Assembly: GCA_963677495.2 (NCBI GenBank)
Contig: CAXXOU010000004.1
Coordinates: 1-64,000, forward strand
DNA from: Candidatus Cloacimonadales bacterium
Lineage (GTDB): Bacteria; Cloacimonadota; Cloacimonadia; Cloacimonadales; JAFGVF01
Reading direction: 5' to 3'
DNA length: 64,000 nucleotides
How positions within the stretch are numbered: the first letter of the stretch is position 1; the number at the start of each line of letters is the position of its first letter. A model generated the notes under the pieces. The model had not been told where the DNA came from, did not search any database, and saw only the letters and a program-made list of their open reading frames with translations. The translations under genes were made by a program, and so were the position numbers. Of the stretch, positions 1 to 10,217 are shown piece by piece.

Positions 1-132
1 AAGTAAGTAACGAATTTATCCATATCCAACATCTCCATCAGCCCTGTTAAAATCGTCATAAAATAATACATTAGCACTAAGCATAAATGCAAAAATAGAA
101 AGAATTAAAGTGATAATAACCCGTTTCATCAT
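1..132 (-). CDS. 5' part of a secreted protein running off the window edge (MMKRVIITLILSIFAFMLSANVLFYDDFNR...)
   Basis: Manual minus-strand translation from ATG at 132, GGAGGA RBS just upstream, signal-peptide-like N-terminus, open to position 1. Confidence 0.7.
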
Positions 133-417
133 TTCCTCCAATAGTAGAATACTTAATAGGCAAATTATAGAATATTTCTTTTTTTGGCAAGTTAATTAAT
201 ATTGATTTTATTTACAGAGTTAGTTTTTCGAGGATGATTGTAAGTCTACTAGTGTGTAACCATTAGGGTATACCGTGATTCGAAGATTATTGTTGATGAT
301 ATTGACCTTTTCGTAGTTTGCGACTATAAGACCAACTAGTATGTTATCAGAGGTAGAAGGGAGAGTTTTATGCTTTGAATAAATCTTGTTTTGCCAACTC
401 CGATGGTTGTAAGTTTA

Positions 418-900
418 CATACACAGTGCAATTTGCAATAGCTTACCGCATTTCAGGGAGTTTGTCGGCCTGATAAGGCAACGGACTTCCTAAAATGCAC
501 TTCGAAGTCGCAAATCCCTGTTTTCGTTCTCGCCCCACACTTCGCTGCAACGCAAGTCCGAATGTGATATACACAGTGTCATTTTCAATAACTTACATCA
601 TTGGAGTCATAGCGACCGAAGGGAGTTGGACTCATAGTGATGTACTTTCACCATTTTCGCTATTCACCCATCTCCCTTCGGTCGCTATTGCGACAGCTAC
701 TGAAATCTCTACACAGTGCTTTTACCAATAACTTAGCTATATTTATTGCCCTTTTAACTCTCTTTTACTGCTCTATCCGGCAACGCACTGCGTCTGCACT
801 GTGCACGCACTGTGAAGGCACTGCTAACCCACTGTTTCACTGGGTGCACAGTGCGTGCACAGTGGGAAAACAGTGGGATGACTGCGTTTTGTTAAAGAGT
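418..900. repeat. Modular composite intergenic repeat, copy 1 (copy 2 at ~42512-43130)
   Basis: Long near-identical blocks shared with 42512-43130, e.g. CTTACCGCATTTCAGGGAGTTTG, CGCTATTCACCCATCTCCCTTCGGTCGCTATTGCGACAGCT and the CACTG array. Confidence 0.9.
772..899. repeat. 11-bp-phased inverted array, core CACTG
   Basis: CACTG at 786, 797, 808, 819, 830; inverted CAGTG at 849, 860, 871. Confidence 0.9.
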
Positions 901-1055
901 TTATTGAAAGTTTGCGATATCGAAAAAGATTTGTAGAAGCTCGGGTACTTGTGATGGAAGCCCGAGGTTGGGTGATATTATAATTTAATAAGGAAACTCT
1001 TGACCGCATTTGCTTTTTATCTATAAATTTGTACATAAAAGTTATGAGGAGCATT

Positions 1056-1391
1056 ATGATAAAATTGCAACCATTAAGAATCCCTACCGGATGGGAGATG
1101 CAATATAATAACGGTTTCTTTGAGATAGATCCTTCTGAAACTGTACCTAAAGAGGATAGGTGGTACTTCTTTAAAGAGGATATGTTGCAACTTGTAAATG
1201 TGGACAACAACCTGTTGCTTGATATGGGTTTCTATCCGGAAGGTGATATGGATAAAGGGGAATATTATATCAGACTCTATGAAGGAAATTGTGCCGGGGA
1301 ACTGTTGGATGAATTGATAACGAATGAGCGGATGAAAGCTGTAGACTTTATTGAAGATAAACTAGATATACATGGTATTTATAATAGTTAA
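1056..1391 (+). CDS. Small acidic hypothetical protein (LQPLRIPxGW...DMGFYPEGD), possibly immunity-like
   Basis: ORF track; GAGGA RBS before ATG 1056. Confidence 0.6.
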   Translation: MIKLQPLRIPTGWEMQYNNGFFEIDPSETVPKEDRWYFFKEDMLQLVNVDNNLLLDMGFYPEGDMDKGEYYIRLYEGNCAGELLDELITNERMKAVDFIEDKLDIHGIYNS

Positions 1392-1404
1392 TATGGGAGG
1401 AGTT

Positions 1405-1986
1405 ATGTTGAGGGAATATGTTGTTTGGCTAATAATTGTGTTAGTTGCTTTCGGCTGTACTAAAAAAGAGGAACCCAATACCTGGGGGAAGATTATTAGT
1501 ATCTATTCTGCAAATGATAATGGTTCTGTTAGTCCCAGGTTTCAGTATGAACAGGAACGAATAATCTATCGGGATAGTTTGGTTATACGTAACCTTGCCT
1601 GGATGGATATGGATGAGGAGTTTGGGGAAGGAATATACTTCAACCCTGAGTATGATGACAGTGAAACTGAGATAAACAGAGGAGAGTGGGTGATACCTAT
1701 CCCCAAAGAATTTTCAGATAAGTTCTTTGAACTAGCTGAAAAACAGAATCCTAATCGGTTTCGAGAGTACTATAGAGTTTTGATGAAAGAGTTGGAATCA
1801 GAAGAGCCTATGGAGGGAGATTCTGATTCTTCACAAAGAGCTTATACTTTCCTTATTGAATATGAGAATCTTGACCAGCCAATACCATGGAGTTCTAGGT
1901 ATCCCGATTCTGAAAGGTTGGAGAAAGCTTTTGAATACTTTTGGGAGAACTTTACTTTGCCTGATAGTGTTGGGATTGATTATTAA
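1405..1986 (+). CDS. Hypothetical lipoprotein, paralog of 1999-2631
   Basis: GGAGG RBS, lipobox-like AFGC, shares EPNTWGKI..NDNGSVSPR..FNPEYD..EINRG..LPDSVG with the next ORF. Confidence 0.8.
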   Translation: MLREYVVWLIIVLVAFGCTKKEEPNTWGKIISIYSANDNGSVSPRFQYEQERIIYRDSLVIRNLAWMDMDEEFGEGIYFNPEYDDSETEINRGEWVIPIPKEFSDKFFELAEKQNPNRFREYYRVLMKELESEEPMEGDSDSSQRAYTFLIEYENLDQPIPWSSRYPDSERLEKAFEYFWENFTLPDSVGIDY

Positions 1987-1998
1987 AGGATACGACGT

Positions 1999-2631
1999 AT
2001 GAAACGAGTTATATATCTAATGCTTTTGTTAGCCCTAATTGGTTGTAAGAAAGATGTTAAAGATGTGACAAATGAGTTTGAGGTGATTGCACCTGATGAG
2101 CCCAATACTTGGGGGAAGATATTAAGTATTACCACAGAAAATGACAATGGTTCTGTAAGCCCCAGATATCAGTGGAAAACTGAACAGATTATATATAGAG
2201 ACAGCGTAGTAGTAAACAACTTTGGCTGGATGGACCGCTTTGATTGGGATACAGGAAGAAGAGAGTTTAATCCTGAGTATGATAATAGTGCAACCGAGAT
2301 TAACAGAGGAAGCTGGGTTATTCCACTACCTAAAGATGTCTCTGATAAGTTCTTTGCTTTGGCTGAATCTCAGAATCCCTACAAATTCTTTACTCCTTAT
2401 GATCCATCAAAAGATATAAGTGAGATAGAAGTTGCGAAAAATCCACCAATGCCCGGTTCAACAGCAAGGTCTAGACGTTCATATCAATACATATTAAGAT
2501 ATGAAAACATAGATGAGGATGTGAAGTGGGGTTATGGATATGATGATTCAGAGAGATTAGCTGATGCTTTTAGGTATTTAACATTGAATTTCTTTTTGCC
2601 TGATAGTGTGGGAGTTCGGTATGAAAAGTGA
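1999..2631 (+). CDS. Hypothetical lipoprotein, paralog of 1405-1986
   Basis: Lipobox LIGC; motifs shared with the upstream ORF. Confidence 0.8.
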   Translation: MKRVIYLMLLLALIGCKKDVKDVTNEFEVIAPDEPNTWGKILSITTENDNGSVSPRYQWKTEQIIYRDSVVVNNFGWMDRFDWDTGRREFNPEYDNSATEINRGSWVIPLPKDVSDKFFALAESQNPYKFFTPYDPSKDISEIEVAKNPPMPGSTARSRRSYQYILRYENIDEDVKWGYGYDDSERLADAFRYLTLNFFLPDSVGVRYEK

Positions 2632-2885
2632 TATAGCAAACTCTTATAGGAGTTTAGGGGGGCAACAAGAACCAAATAATGAGTTATAATAAAGAAAAAA
2701 CTTTACAAAGCTGGAACTGGTAATAATTATAGATAATAACTGTTTTGAGTTAATACAAGACAATGAGATTAATGATTTGCTATCACTCAGAAGTCGATTA
2801 ATATATGAATTAAAAGTAATAGATAAAAGGTATCGGAACAAATAACAGTTGACAAGAATGTTTGCTGATACTGATTTGATTCCGT

Positions 2886-2972
2886 GCCGAAGTGGTGAAA
2901 CTGGTAGACGCAGTGGACTCAAAATCCTCCGAGCTTTAGCTCGTGCCGGTTCGAGTCCGGCCTTCGGCACCA
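2886..2972 (+). tRNA. tRNA-Leu(CAA)
   Basis: GCCGAAG/CTTCGGC acceptor stem, CT-CAA-AA anticodon loop, long variable arm, GTTCGAGTC T-loop, encoded CCA. Confidence 0.95.
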
Positions 2973-3101
2973 CTTTCCAATAAGGAAATTAAGGAGAAGC
3001 TTATAAACATATTGTTCTGACGAAGTCGTACAAATTGACTCAATTTTTACAGATTTATTCTTATTTTTACAAAAAAGACATAACATAGGGGTTATATTAG
3101 T

Positions 3102-4157
3102 ATGAAAAACAAGAACTTAATTAAGCTGATCTTAGTTTCAGCTATTCTGTTGATTCCAATTATTGCAAACGCCAGCTCTCAAGCAGGTGTACTTTTCTTA
3201 TTAATTGAACCTGATTCTCGTGCTAACGGTATGGCAGAAGCTTTTGTTGCAAAAGCTGATGACGCATACGCAGGCTGGTGGAATCCGGGTGCAATGGCAT
3301 TCAATCGTAAAAATCAAATAGGTGCTATGCATGTTAACTGGTTTGAAGATGCTGGTATCGAAGATATCTATTATGAATATCTTGGCTGGAACAGCTATTT
3401 CGAAGGTATCGGTAACCTTGGTTTCCATATAGTTTTCTTAACTTATGGAAAGATGGAAAGAACTGATGAAGAAAACAACTCTTTAGGAACATTTAGTAGT
3501 TTTGAACTTGCACCAACTATTACTTATGCGTCTGAATTAACAGATAATATCGGTCTTGGTGTTAACTTTAAGTTCATCTACAGTGACCTTGCTCCTGAGG
3601 GAACCGGTAACACAGAGGAACAAACTCACGGAACAGGTATGAGCTTTGCCTTTGATTTCGGTTACAAACATAAGAATATCTTTAACGTTGACCGTTTAGA
3701 CTTTGGTGCAACTCTTCAGAATGTAGGACCGGACATTACGTATATTAATGATGAACAAAGTGATCCGCTTCCAATGAACCTTAGAACAGGTTTGTCATAT
3801 AGACCTATAGAAGATGATTTCAACTTATTAACTGTAAATGCCGATATGAGTAAGATTTTGGCAAATGATGATTTTATCTTATCTCGTCTTGTAACTGCTT
3901 GGACTGATGATCCTTCAGATCAGGAAATAGAAGAGATTATATTCAGTACTGGTGTTGAATACGTGTATATCGATATGATTTCATTACGTGGTGGTTACTA
4001 TTATGATAAAGGTGGCTCAATTACTGGACCATCTTTCGGTGCCGGTTTAAAGTATACTTTCAACGAAAAGTACCTTGTTTCATTTGACTTTGCTATGAAA
4101 CAAGCTGGTGAACTTACAGACTATAATAAAACTTTCTCACTTAGTTTAGACTTCTAA
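3102..4157 (+). CDS. porV: PorV/PorQ-family (FadL-like) outer-membrane barrel
   Basis: Signal peptide, then FLLIEPDSRANGMAEAFVAKADDAYAGWWNPG PorV-type N-terminus; C-terminal Phe. Confidence 0.75.
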   Translation: MKNKNLIKLILVSAILLIPIIANASSQAGVLFLLIEPDSRANGMAEAFVAKADDAYAGWWNPGAMAFNRKNQIGAMHVNWFEDAGIEDIYYEYLGWNSYFEGIGNLGFHIVFLTYGKMERTDEENNSLGTFSSFELAPTITYASELTDNIGLGVNFKFIYSDLAPEGTGNTEEQTHGTGMSFAFDFGYKHKNIFNVDRLDFGATLQNVGPDITYINDEQSDPLPMNLRTGLSYRPIEDDFNLLTVNADMSKILANDDFILSRLVTAWTDDPSDQEIEEIIFSTGVEYVYIDMISLRGGYYYDKGGSITGPSFGAGLKYTFNEKYLVSFDFAMKQAGELTDYNKTFSLSLDF

Positions 4158-4177
4158 GACATAAAAGCAGATAATAC

Positions 4178-7100
4178 ATGAAGAAGTTAATAGTATTACT
4201 TCTGGTAGTACTTGGATTAAATCTGCTTTGGTCTGAGAAGATGTTTTTGCAGAAAGGCGGAGTTCCTAAACAATCTGAACTCCGCTTGAAGCATCCTGCT
4301 GAAGAGATATTCAATTCAAGACAACTACCTGAAGATAACAGAAAGATTGGGGCTGATGAGAACAAACTCATTGTAATTCTTGTGCAGTTCCAGGAAGAGT
4401 TAGAGGATGATCCATCAACAACAGGAAATGGGCATTTCCAAACTGAAGTTGATGATAGCTTTCCTATAACTATTGGTGCTCCACCTCATGATCAGGAATA
4501 CTATAGTTATATGTTGGAGAGCGTACGTTATTATTACCAAGCAGCTAGTTATGGTCATTTTGATTTAGATTACGATATCTGGCCTAAAGATAAATCTGCT
4601 TATACCCTTTCCAAGAAGATGAGCTACTATAGTCCCGGTAATGTTGGGTCCTATGAGTTTGTTGAGAGGTTGGAAGAGTTTTTTAAAGAGTCATGGGAGA
4701 CAGCAGATAGGGAAGATCCTGAGATCGACTTTTCTCAGTATCACCATTTTATGATTGTTCATGCCGGTGCTGATTGGCAGCATGATATTGCAGGTGATAC
4801 TCCTTCTGATATGCCTTCACTGTTTATAAAAATTGGTACAGGTAAAGAAGCTGTAGTTGATAATGGTGATGTCCTTATCAATAAATCCTGTAATGTACCT
4901 GAGACTCTTACTCAGGATATTAGGGAGTATGCATTAGTAGATGAGTTTGGAAATGAAACCGGAGATATCTTGGTTAATGGTTATGGTGCAACCAACGCTG
5001 TTTATGCTCATGAATTTGGTCATTCAATGGGTTTAGTGGATTTGTATAATACAATGAGTTCCTCCCCAATGGTTGGTTTCTTTGATATTATGGATAATGG
5101 TGGCTCAGGTGTTATGCAGGACTATGGTACTGATGGCAAACTATATAACATAGAAGGTGGACTACCAGCTCTTCCCGGTGCTTATTCCAAAGAGATTATG
5201 TTTGAAGATATCTTCCGTAGTGAAGGTATTATGAAAGATATATCTGAGCTTGATTTTGAAGAAACGTTTTCATTCTCAGCAGCAGAAACAAGAGTTAAAC
5301 CAAGTGATAAACTTAGAATCATAAAAGTCCCTTTATCAGATACACAATACATTCTCTTAGAAAATAGAAGTGTTGATCCTGACGGAGACGGCGATACTGC
5401 TGTGAAGAGTGCTTTGGGTAGGAGAATAATACTTTATCCCACTGCACGTGGTGATGACTTAGATACTCCAACTTATGAGTATGATTTCCTATTACCTTCT
5501 TGGCAGAAGTATGATCCATCTGCAGGTTTCTACCGCTCATATGGTGGTGGTGTTCTTGCTTGGAGAATTAATGAAGATGTCTTAAACAAAGTGTTATTCA
5601 TTGATGATGAAGGAAATCCGGTTACCAATTTCGACAATAATAGTGTTAACACTAACACATATAGACAGGGTGTTGAGATTATCGAAGCTGATAATATTGA
5701 AGACATCGGAGAACCGAGCTCATACTATTGGGCTGGTACTGCTTATGAATACTTTTTCCCTCAGAAACCTATCCTGGATACGGATGGTATGTTCGTTTCC
5801 TGGAGTAATGAAGAACATACTCCTAGGTTCTCTGGAGCTACAAAACCTGCACTTGCTGATTGGTATGGTTTTGCATCTCCATATACCCTTGATTTCTTAA
5901 GCAATCCTTCAGGTGTTATGGATATGAAAATATCCTTTTTAAATAGTGAGTATTCAGAAAAGATATACCACAATGATGATTTGGTTGCAATTGGTCCTAC
6001 GTTTAAATCAGAGTTTGGAACTGAGATACCGATTGTAACTACTGAGGGACTACGCTTCAAAACAAAAATTGAAGGTTCTGAAGATTGGCAGGATTTATAT
6101 GATGTAATTGTCCCCGGACTCAATCAATTAGATTATGAACCTGTTGTCTATACTGATTCTGATGGAGAAACAAATTCACTGATTCTTGTCTCAAATAATG
6201 ATGTAACTGCAGTTACACTTCCAAATGATCATGTCTTTGATGAACTGCCACAGATTACTGCTTCTCCAATTGTATTCAATAATATGCAAGGAGAATCTTT
6301 AAGAAGACTTCTGGGCATCCCTACAGTTGAAGGTTTCTATGTTTTCCAGGGAAATAATGGTGTCTTCCATCAAGTTGACTTTGTTGAAGGTAATGTAGCT
6401 GAAGTTGGATACTATTCAAACAATGACATTAATAACACCCAAAAACTCTTAATTACCTTCGTGAATAGAGTACTTGAATATGATATGCAGAATGAAGGAA
6501 TTGATGGCTATTCCCCCGTCAGCTTCTATAATACTAGTTATAATTTTAATGGTTATTCATCTGTTGCTGGTACATTTATTTCTGAAAACGGTGTAGTATT
6601 AGGCTTGGATTCTGAAAGAATGGTTCCAACACAGATACTTGAATACAGTTTTAAAGAAATTATAAATGTAAGCTCTTATGATAACACTCCTCCAACAAAC
6701 TTGGCTTTTGGTAAATTCGGTTATCTTGATAATGTCTACGTTTGGGGAGCAGGTAAATATCTGTTTGCAATGAAAAACGGGGCCTTGCTCGAAGGATTCC
6801 CTGTACAATATGATGATATTAGATTCAAACCTAAAGGATACCCAAGACTTATAGGTGGTGCCGTTCAGATGCCTACCGATAATAACGGATATTACACTAT
6901 TGGTAATAGGGGGGATGTTAGTTATGCTGATAGCTATACAATTTATAGCCAAGTTGAAGGTAATTACCTCTACTATGAATCTGAATACCTAAAGAATCTC
7001 ATTGTTGATAATGATAATACCGTCATTCTAAAGCATATTTTAGAGTTTGATGATAATCCTATTAGTTTTAGTGGACATCGGAGTCTTTTTACAGTTAAAG

Positions 7101-7396
7101 ACGATAATAGCAACACGCAAGTTACTGGATTTGATGTTTACATCTATCCTAATCCTGTCAGAAGCTATGACCCGCGTTTAAGAGTTTATAATCCCAATGG
7201 AGATTTTAAGTTAAAGATTTATGATGTTGCCGGAAATAAGATTATGGATGAAGAAGTATCAATTAATACAACTGATTCAGAAAACCAATATTATGAATAC
7301 CCTATAAATGTAGATAAAATGAGTGCAGGTGCTTATTTCTGTATCTATAAAGATGGGGATAATACAAAGACAATTAAATTTGCTATTGAGAAGTGA
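4178..7396 (+). CDS. M6 (immune inhibitor A)-family metalloprotease with T9SS type-A-like C-terminal sorting domain
   Basis: HEFGHSMGLVDLY zinc motif, IVHAG, DIMD Met-turn, YILLENR; C-terminus YPNPV...IYDVAG...GAYF...KFAIEK. Confidence 0.85.
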   Translation: MKKLIVLLLVVLGLNLLWSEKMFLQKGGVPKQSELRLKHPAEEIFNSRQLPEDNRKIGADENKLIVILVQFQEELEDDPSTTGNGHFQTEVDDSFPITIGAPPHDQEYYSYMLESVRYYYQAASYGHFDLDYDIWPKDKSAYTLSKKMSYYSPGNVGSYEFVERLEEFFKESWETADREDPEIDFSQYHHFMIVHAGADWQHDIAGDTPSDMPSLFIKIGTGKEAVVDNGDVLINKSCNVPETLTQDIREYALVDEFGNETGDILVNGYGATNAVYAHEFGHSMGLVDLYNTMSSSPMVGFFDIMDNGGSGVMQDYGTDGKLYNIEGGLPALPGAYSKEIMFEDIFRSEGIMKDISELDFEETFSFSAAETRVKPSDKLRIIKVPLSDTQYILLENRSVDPDGDGDTAVKSALGRRIILYPTARGDDLDTPTYEYDFLLPSWQKYDPSAGFYRSYGGGVLAWRINEDVLNKVLFIDDEGNPVTNFDNNSVNTNTYRQGVEIIEADNIEDIGEPSSYYWAGTAYEYFFPQKPILDTDGMFVSWSNEEHTPRFSGATKPALADWYGFASPYTLDFLSNPSGVMDMKISFLNSEYSEKIYHNDDLVAIGPTFKSEFGTEIPIVTTEGLRFKTKIEGSEDWQDLYDVIVPGLNQLDYEPVVYTDSDGETNSLILVSNNDVTAVTLPNDHVFDELPQITASPIVFNNMQGESLRRLLGIPTVEGFYVFQGNNGVFHQVDFVEGNVAEVGYYSNNDINNTQKLLITFVNRVLEYDMQNEGIDGYSPVSFYNTSYNFNGYSSVAGTFISENGVVLGLDSERMVPTQILEYSFKEIINVSSYDNTPPTNLAFGKFGYLDNVYVWGAGKYLFAMKNGALLEGFPVQYDDIRFKPKGYPRLIGGAVQMPTDNNGYYTIGNRGDVSYADSYTIYSQVEGNYLYYESEYLKNLIVDNDNTVILKHILEFDDNPISFSGHRSLFTVKDDNSNTQVTGFDVYIYPNPVRSYDPRLRVYNPNGDFKLKIYDVAGNKIMDEEVSINTTDSENQYYEYPINVDKMSAGAYFCIYKDGDNTKTIKFAIEK

Positions 7397-7404
7397 GGTA
7401 ATAA

Positions 7405-8334
7405 ATGAAGAAGTGGGTCTTAATACTAGTGGTAATCAGTCTTGCTTTTGCTCTTGTTGCAGAAGAGTATGATTTCACTCCGGAAAAGAAGAAGGGCGAA
7501 ACAGAAAAAATCGAACCAGTTGACAAAGATGAAAAGGTTGTGAAGAGTGAAGCGGAGCTCCTTTTGCAGGGAGATGTTTTAAATGTACAATCCAACAATA
7601 AGGATGCAAGATTAGCAATGGCATTATCTATGCTTGTACCTGGTGTTGGTAACTATTATGCAGATAAAACCTCTATCACGACATATATTTGGCCTGTCTT
7701 AGAAATTGGTTTATGGGCTGGTTATGTATACTTCAGATCTGAAGGTGATGATAAAACTGACGAATATGAGAAGTATGCGGATGAAAATTATCAAAGATCA
7801 CAACAACATCAGATTGAAGGGTATCTTCGTAATAAGTATGATTCTGACGTATATGATCAGACTTTCTGGAGGCTGGATGATACTAATACTCAACATTTCT
7901 ATGAAGATATTGGTAAGTACGATAAATATGTCTTCGGTTGGAATGATTGGTATGCCGCTTATGCAACCGATAATGATGGAGAGCATGTAGAACCAATCTT
8001 CTATGGTGATGGTGATGGTACTGCTGATTATAAGTGGACAGGTAACCAGGTAATGAATGACGATTACTCTCATTTCCCTGAAGACTATAAATATTCCCAA
8101 CTTCGTGAAAAGTATATCAAGATGAGAAAAGATGCTGAAGATGAATATGATATGGCTACAGCTATGACTTTTGGTATACTGATGAATCATATTCTCAGTG
8201 CTGCTGATGCTATCAGACTTACTGTAAAGCACAATGCAGAGAATTTGGTTCTCAATGATATGAAGCTTGAATACGCGGTTGTCCCTAGAAACAACCAGAT
8301 GACTCCATTCGTTTTTCTAACTAAGAGGTTTTAA
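7405..8334 (+). CDS. DUF5683-like membrane/outer-membrane protein (paralog 1)
   Basis: SMLVPGVGNYY motif, two hydrophobic helices, C-terminal KRF. Confidence 0.6.
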   Translation: MKKWVLILVVISLAFALVAEEYDFTPEKKKGETEKIEPVDKDEKVVKSEAELLLQGDVLNVQSNNKDARLAMALSMLVPGVGNYYADKTSITTYIWPVLEIGLWAGYVYFRSEGDDKTDEYEKYADENYQRSQQHQIEGYLRNKYDSDVYDQTFWRLDDTNTQHFYEDIGKYDKYVFGWNDWYAAYATDNDGEHVEPIFYGDGDGTADYKWTGNQVMNDDYSHFPEDYKYSQLREKYIKMRKDAEDEYDMATAMTFGILMNHILSAADAIRLTVKHNAENLVLNDMKLEYAVVPRNNQMTPFVFLTKRF

Positions 8335-9009
8335 ATGATAAAGAAAATGGTTCTAGTGCTTATGCTCTTTCTGATTGTCGGGATTAGCTTTGCTCAAGAA
8401 TACTCAAGACCTAAAGCCATCATAATGTCTGCTCTTGTTCCTGGCTCAGGCCAGCTTTACTCCGGACAAAAGACTATGGGCTCAGCTCTCCTTGCTGCTG
8501 AGATAGGTCTTATCCTCTCACTATTCAGATTCGATGCTGAAATTAATTGGGGAGAAGACCATTATCAGGAGTATGCATATCAATATACCGGTATAGAAGA
8601 GGGAAGTGATTCTGCTCTCTACCAGGATATGCATACTTATGAGTCTAGTGAAAAGCATAATGAAGCAGTAATTAGGGATGCACGTAACTACTACTTAATC
8701 TATACTTATGACCCGGATGGCTATCAGGCGTATGTGAACGAACATACATATAGTGGAGATTCAACTTGGAATTGGGAGACTAGAGATAGATGGATGAAAT
8801 ATAGATCTATAAGGAAACGCAAACAGGGTTTTGAAGTTTATAAGAATCTTGCGATTAGTGGGATCGTCATTAATCACTTGTTTAGTACAATCCAAACGAT
8901 TATCTCTACTCGTCCGAAGAAAACTGTATTGTCACAACTAAATAATCTAACTGTTCAACCTGATTATAAGAATGATGGAGTTAATCTTGTCTATACTTAC
9001 AGATTCTAA
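8335..9009 (+). CDS. DUF5683-like protein (paralog 2)
   Basis: SALVPGSGQLY motif, C-terminal YTYRF. Confidence 0.6.
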   Translation: MIKKMVLVLMLFLIVGISFAQEYSRPKAIIMSALVPGSGQLYSGQKTMGSALLAAEIGLILSLFRFDAEINWGEDHYQEYAYQYTGIEEGSDSALYQDMHTYESSEKHNEAVIRDARNYYLIYTYDPDGYQAYVNEHTYSGDSTWNWETRDRWMKYRSIRKRKQGFEVYKNLAISGIVINHLFSTIQTIISTRPKKTVLSQLNNLTVQPDYKNDGVNLVYTYRF

Positions 9010-9658
9010 AAAGAATATTTTGGTTATCATTACTATAATTGTCTCTCTTACAGGATTAAATGCTGGAATCACTGATAAGATTCCGCCTGTAGTGAAATCA
9101 ATTATCCTTCCCGGTTGGGGAGAGGTGTCACAAGGTTACAACAGGGGGTATGCTCAGATGCTTGCCGATGTTGCCTTATGGACAGGTATGATTTATTACA
9201 ATGAGGAAGCAGATAACTATACTGACAAAGCATTTAACTATGCTGTTAGATTTGCCGGTATCCCCAACCAGTCACATGATAGTCAATACATGACTGATAT
9301 TGGAAAGTATGATCATAGTGGGTTTGATGTTAGAGGATATAATGCAATGGTTGTTCTCACTGCTAATGCCAAATATGCAACTGACAATGATGCCAGACAG
9401 CAATATATAGAAGACAATATATATAATGATGATATGGCTTGGCAATGGGAAGATGTCGAATATCGTACGCAATATACCAGCTATAGAAAGAAGTCGCTTG
9501 ATTGTGAAGATTACGCAAGTATGATTTCCGGGCTACTGATAGTGAATCGTATTGCAAGCTGTGTTGACTTACTCATTATAAGACAGAAGAGGTTGAAAAC
9601 ATCTGCTTCACTTTATGATTACCAAACACCTATGCTGAATATGAGCATTTCATTTTAA
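8972..9658 (+). CDS. DUF5683-like protein (paralog 3); start uncertain
   Basis: SIILPGWGE motif, WQWE, C-terminal SISF. Confidence 0.6.
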   Translation: MMELILSILTDSKKNILVIITIIVSLTGLNAGITDKIPPVVKSIILPGWGEVSQGYNRGYAQMLADVALWTGMIYYNEEADNYTDKAFNYAVRFAGIPNQSHDSQYMTDIGKYDHSGFDVRGYNAMVVLTANAKYATDNDARQQYIEDNIYNDDMAWQWEDVEYRTQYTSYRKKSLDCEDYASMISGLLIVNRIASCVDLLIIRQKRLKTSASLYDYQTPMLNMSISF

Positions 9659-9663
9659 TTGAT

Positions 9664-9690
9664 AAAGGGCACCGATTAGGTGCCCATTTT
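9664..9690. terminator. Intrinsic terminator between convergent genes
   Basis: GGGCACC-gatta-GGTGCCC hairpin with A/T flanks. Confidence 0.7.
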
Positions 9691-9708
9691 CATGTTTAGA
9701 TAGATATT

Positions 9709-10041
9709 TTAAAACTTTTCTATATCCCCATCATCTGCGAAATAAGTGTTACCCCATGTCCAACGCATGATTCTGCACGCACCCCAGGGACCATAAAGTC
9801 CGAATGTTATGATTGTTAGTATGAGAATTAATAAATAGTTTCCAAAGAAACCAGCTCCACTTCCTTTAAATACGAGACGTTTCCCATCAATTGTTACATT
9901 GGAATAAATCCATTTTAATTGCTGTACATAAGCCCACGGGAAATAGATTCCGAAAGTAATAATTGTTAAAATGTTTGTCCAAATCATGAGCCACCAGTAG
10001 CTTAATCCGTTACCGGTAAATTCAAACTTTCCACTTGCCAT
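9709..10041 (-). CDS. DUF898/YjgN-family small membrane protein
   Basis: FEFTGNG...ILTIITFGIYFPWA internally duplicated motif. Confidence 0.8.
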   Translation of the reverse strand: MASGKFEFTGNGLSYWWLMIWTNILTIITFGIYFPWAYVQQLKWIYSNVTIDGKRLVFKGSGAGFFGNYLLILILTIITFGLYGPWGACRIMRWTWGNTYFADDGDIEKF

Positions 10042-10217
10042 TAGTAATCCTCCTTAGTGTGATGCTCAAATGTTAGGAATCGGTTAAGTTTTGTAAAGAA
10101 ATATTTAATAACTTACGAATTTATGTCACAAGATATATTGCTTTTAACTAAATCTATCTGGATGAGAACCTTAAGTGAGAACCTTAAGGGTTTAGATTGC
10201 TTGGACGCTTCTTCGCA

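Noticed and set aside
421..740. CRISPR or integron attC array from the ACACAGTG..CAATAACTTA repeats
   Set aside because: Only three degenerate repeats, ~115-bp intervening segments conserved in the second copy, and no cas, intI or cassette ORFs.
637..936. ORFs 495-731, 637-936, 42654-42968 and 42920-43207, including an apparent CTHC metal-binding motif
   Set aside because: They are translations of the non-coding composite repeat and CACTG array, have no RBS, and start and end differently in the two copies.
2644..2973. 109-aa minus-strand ORF
   Set aside because: Antisense to tRNA-Leu and its promoter region.
2886..3100. Integrative element at tRNA-Leu
   Set aside because: No integrase and no duplicated tRNA 3' end noticed in the window.
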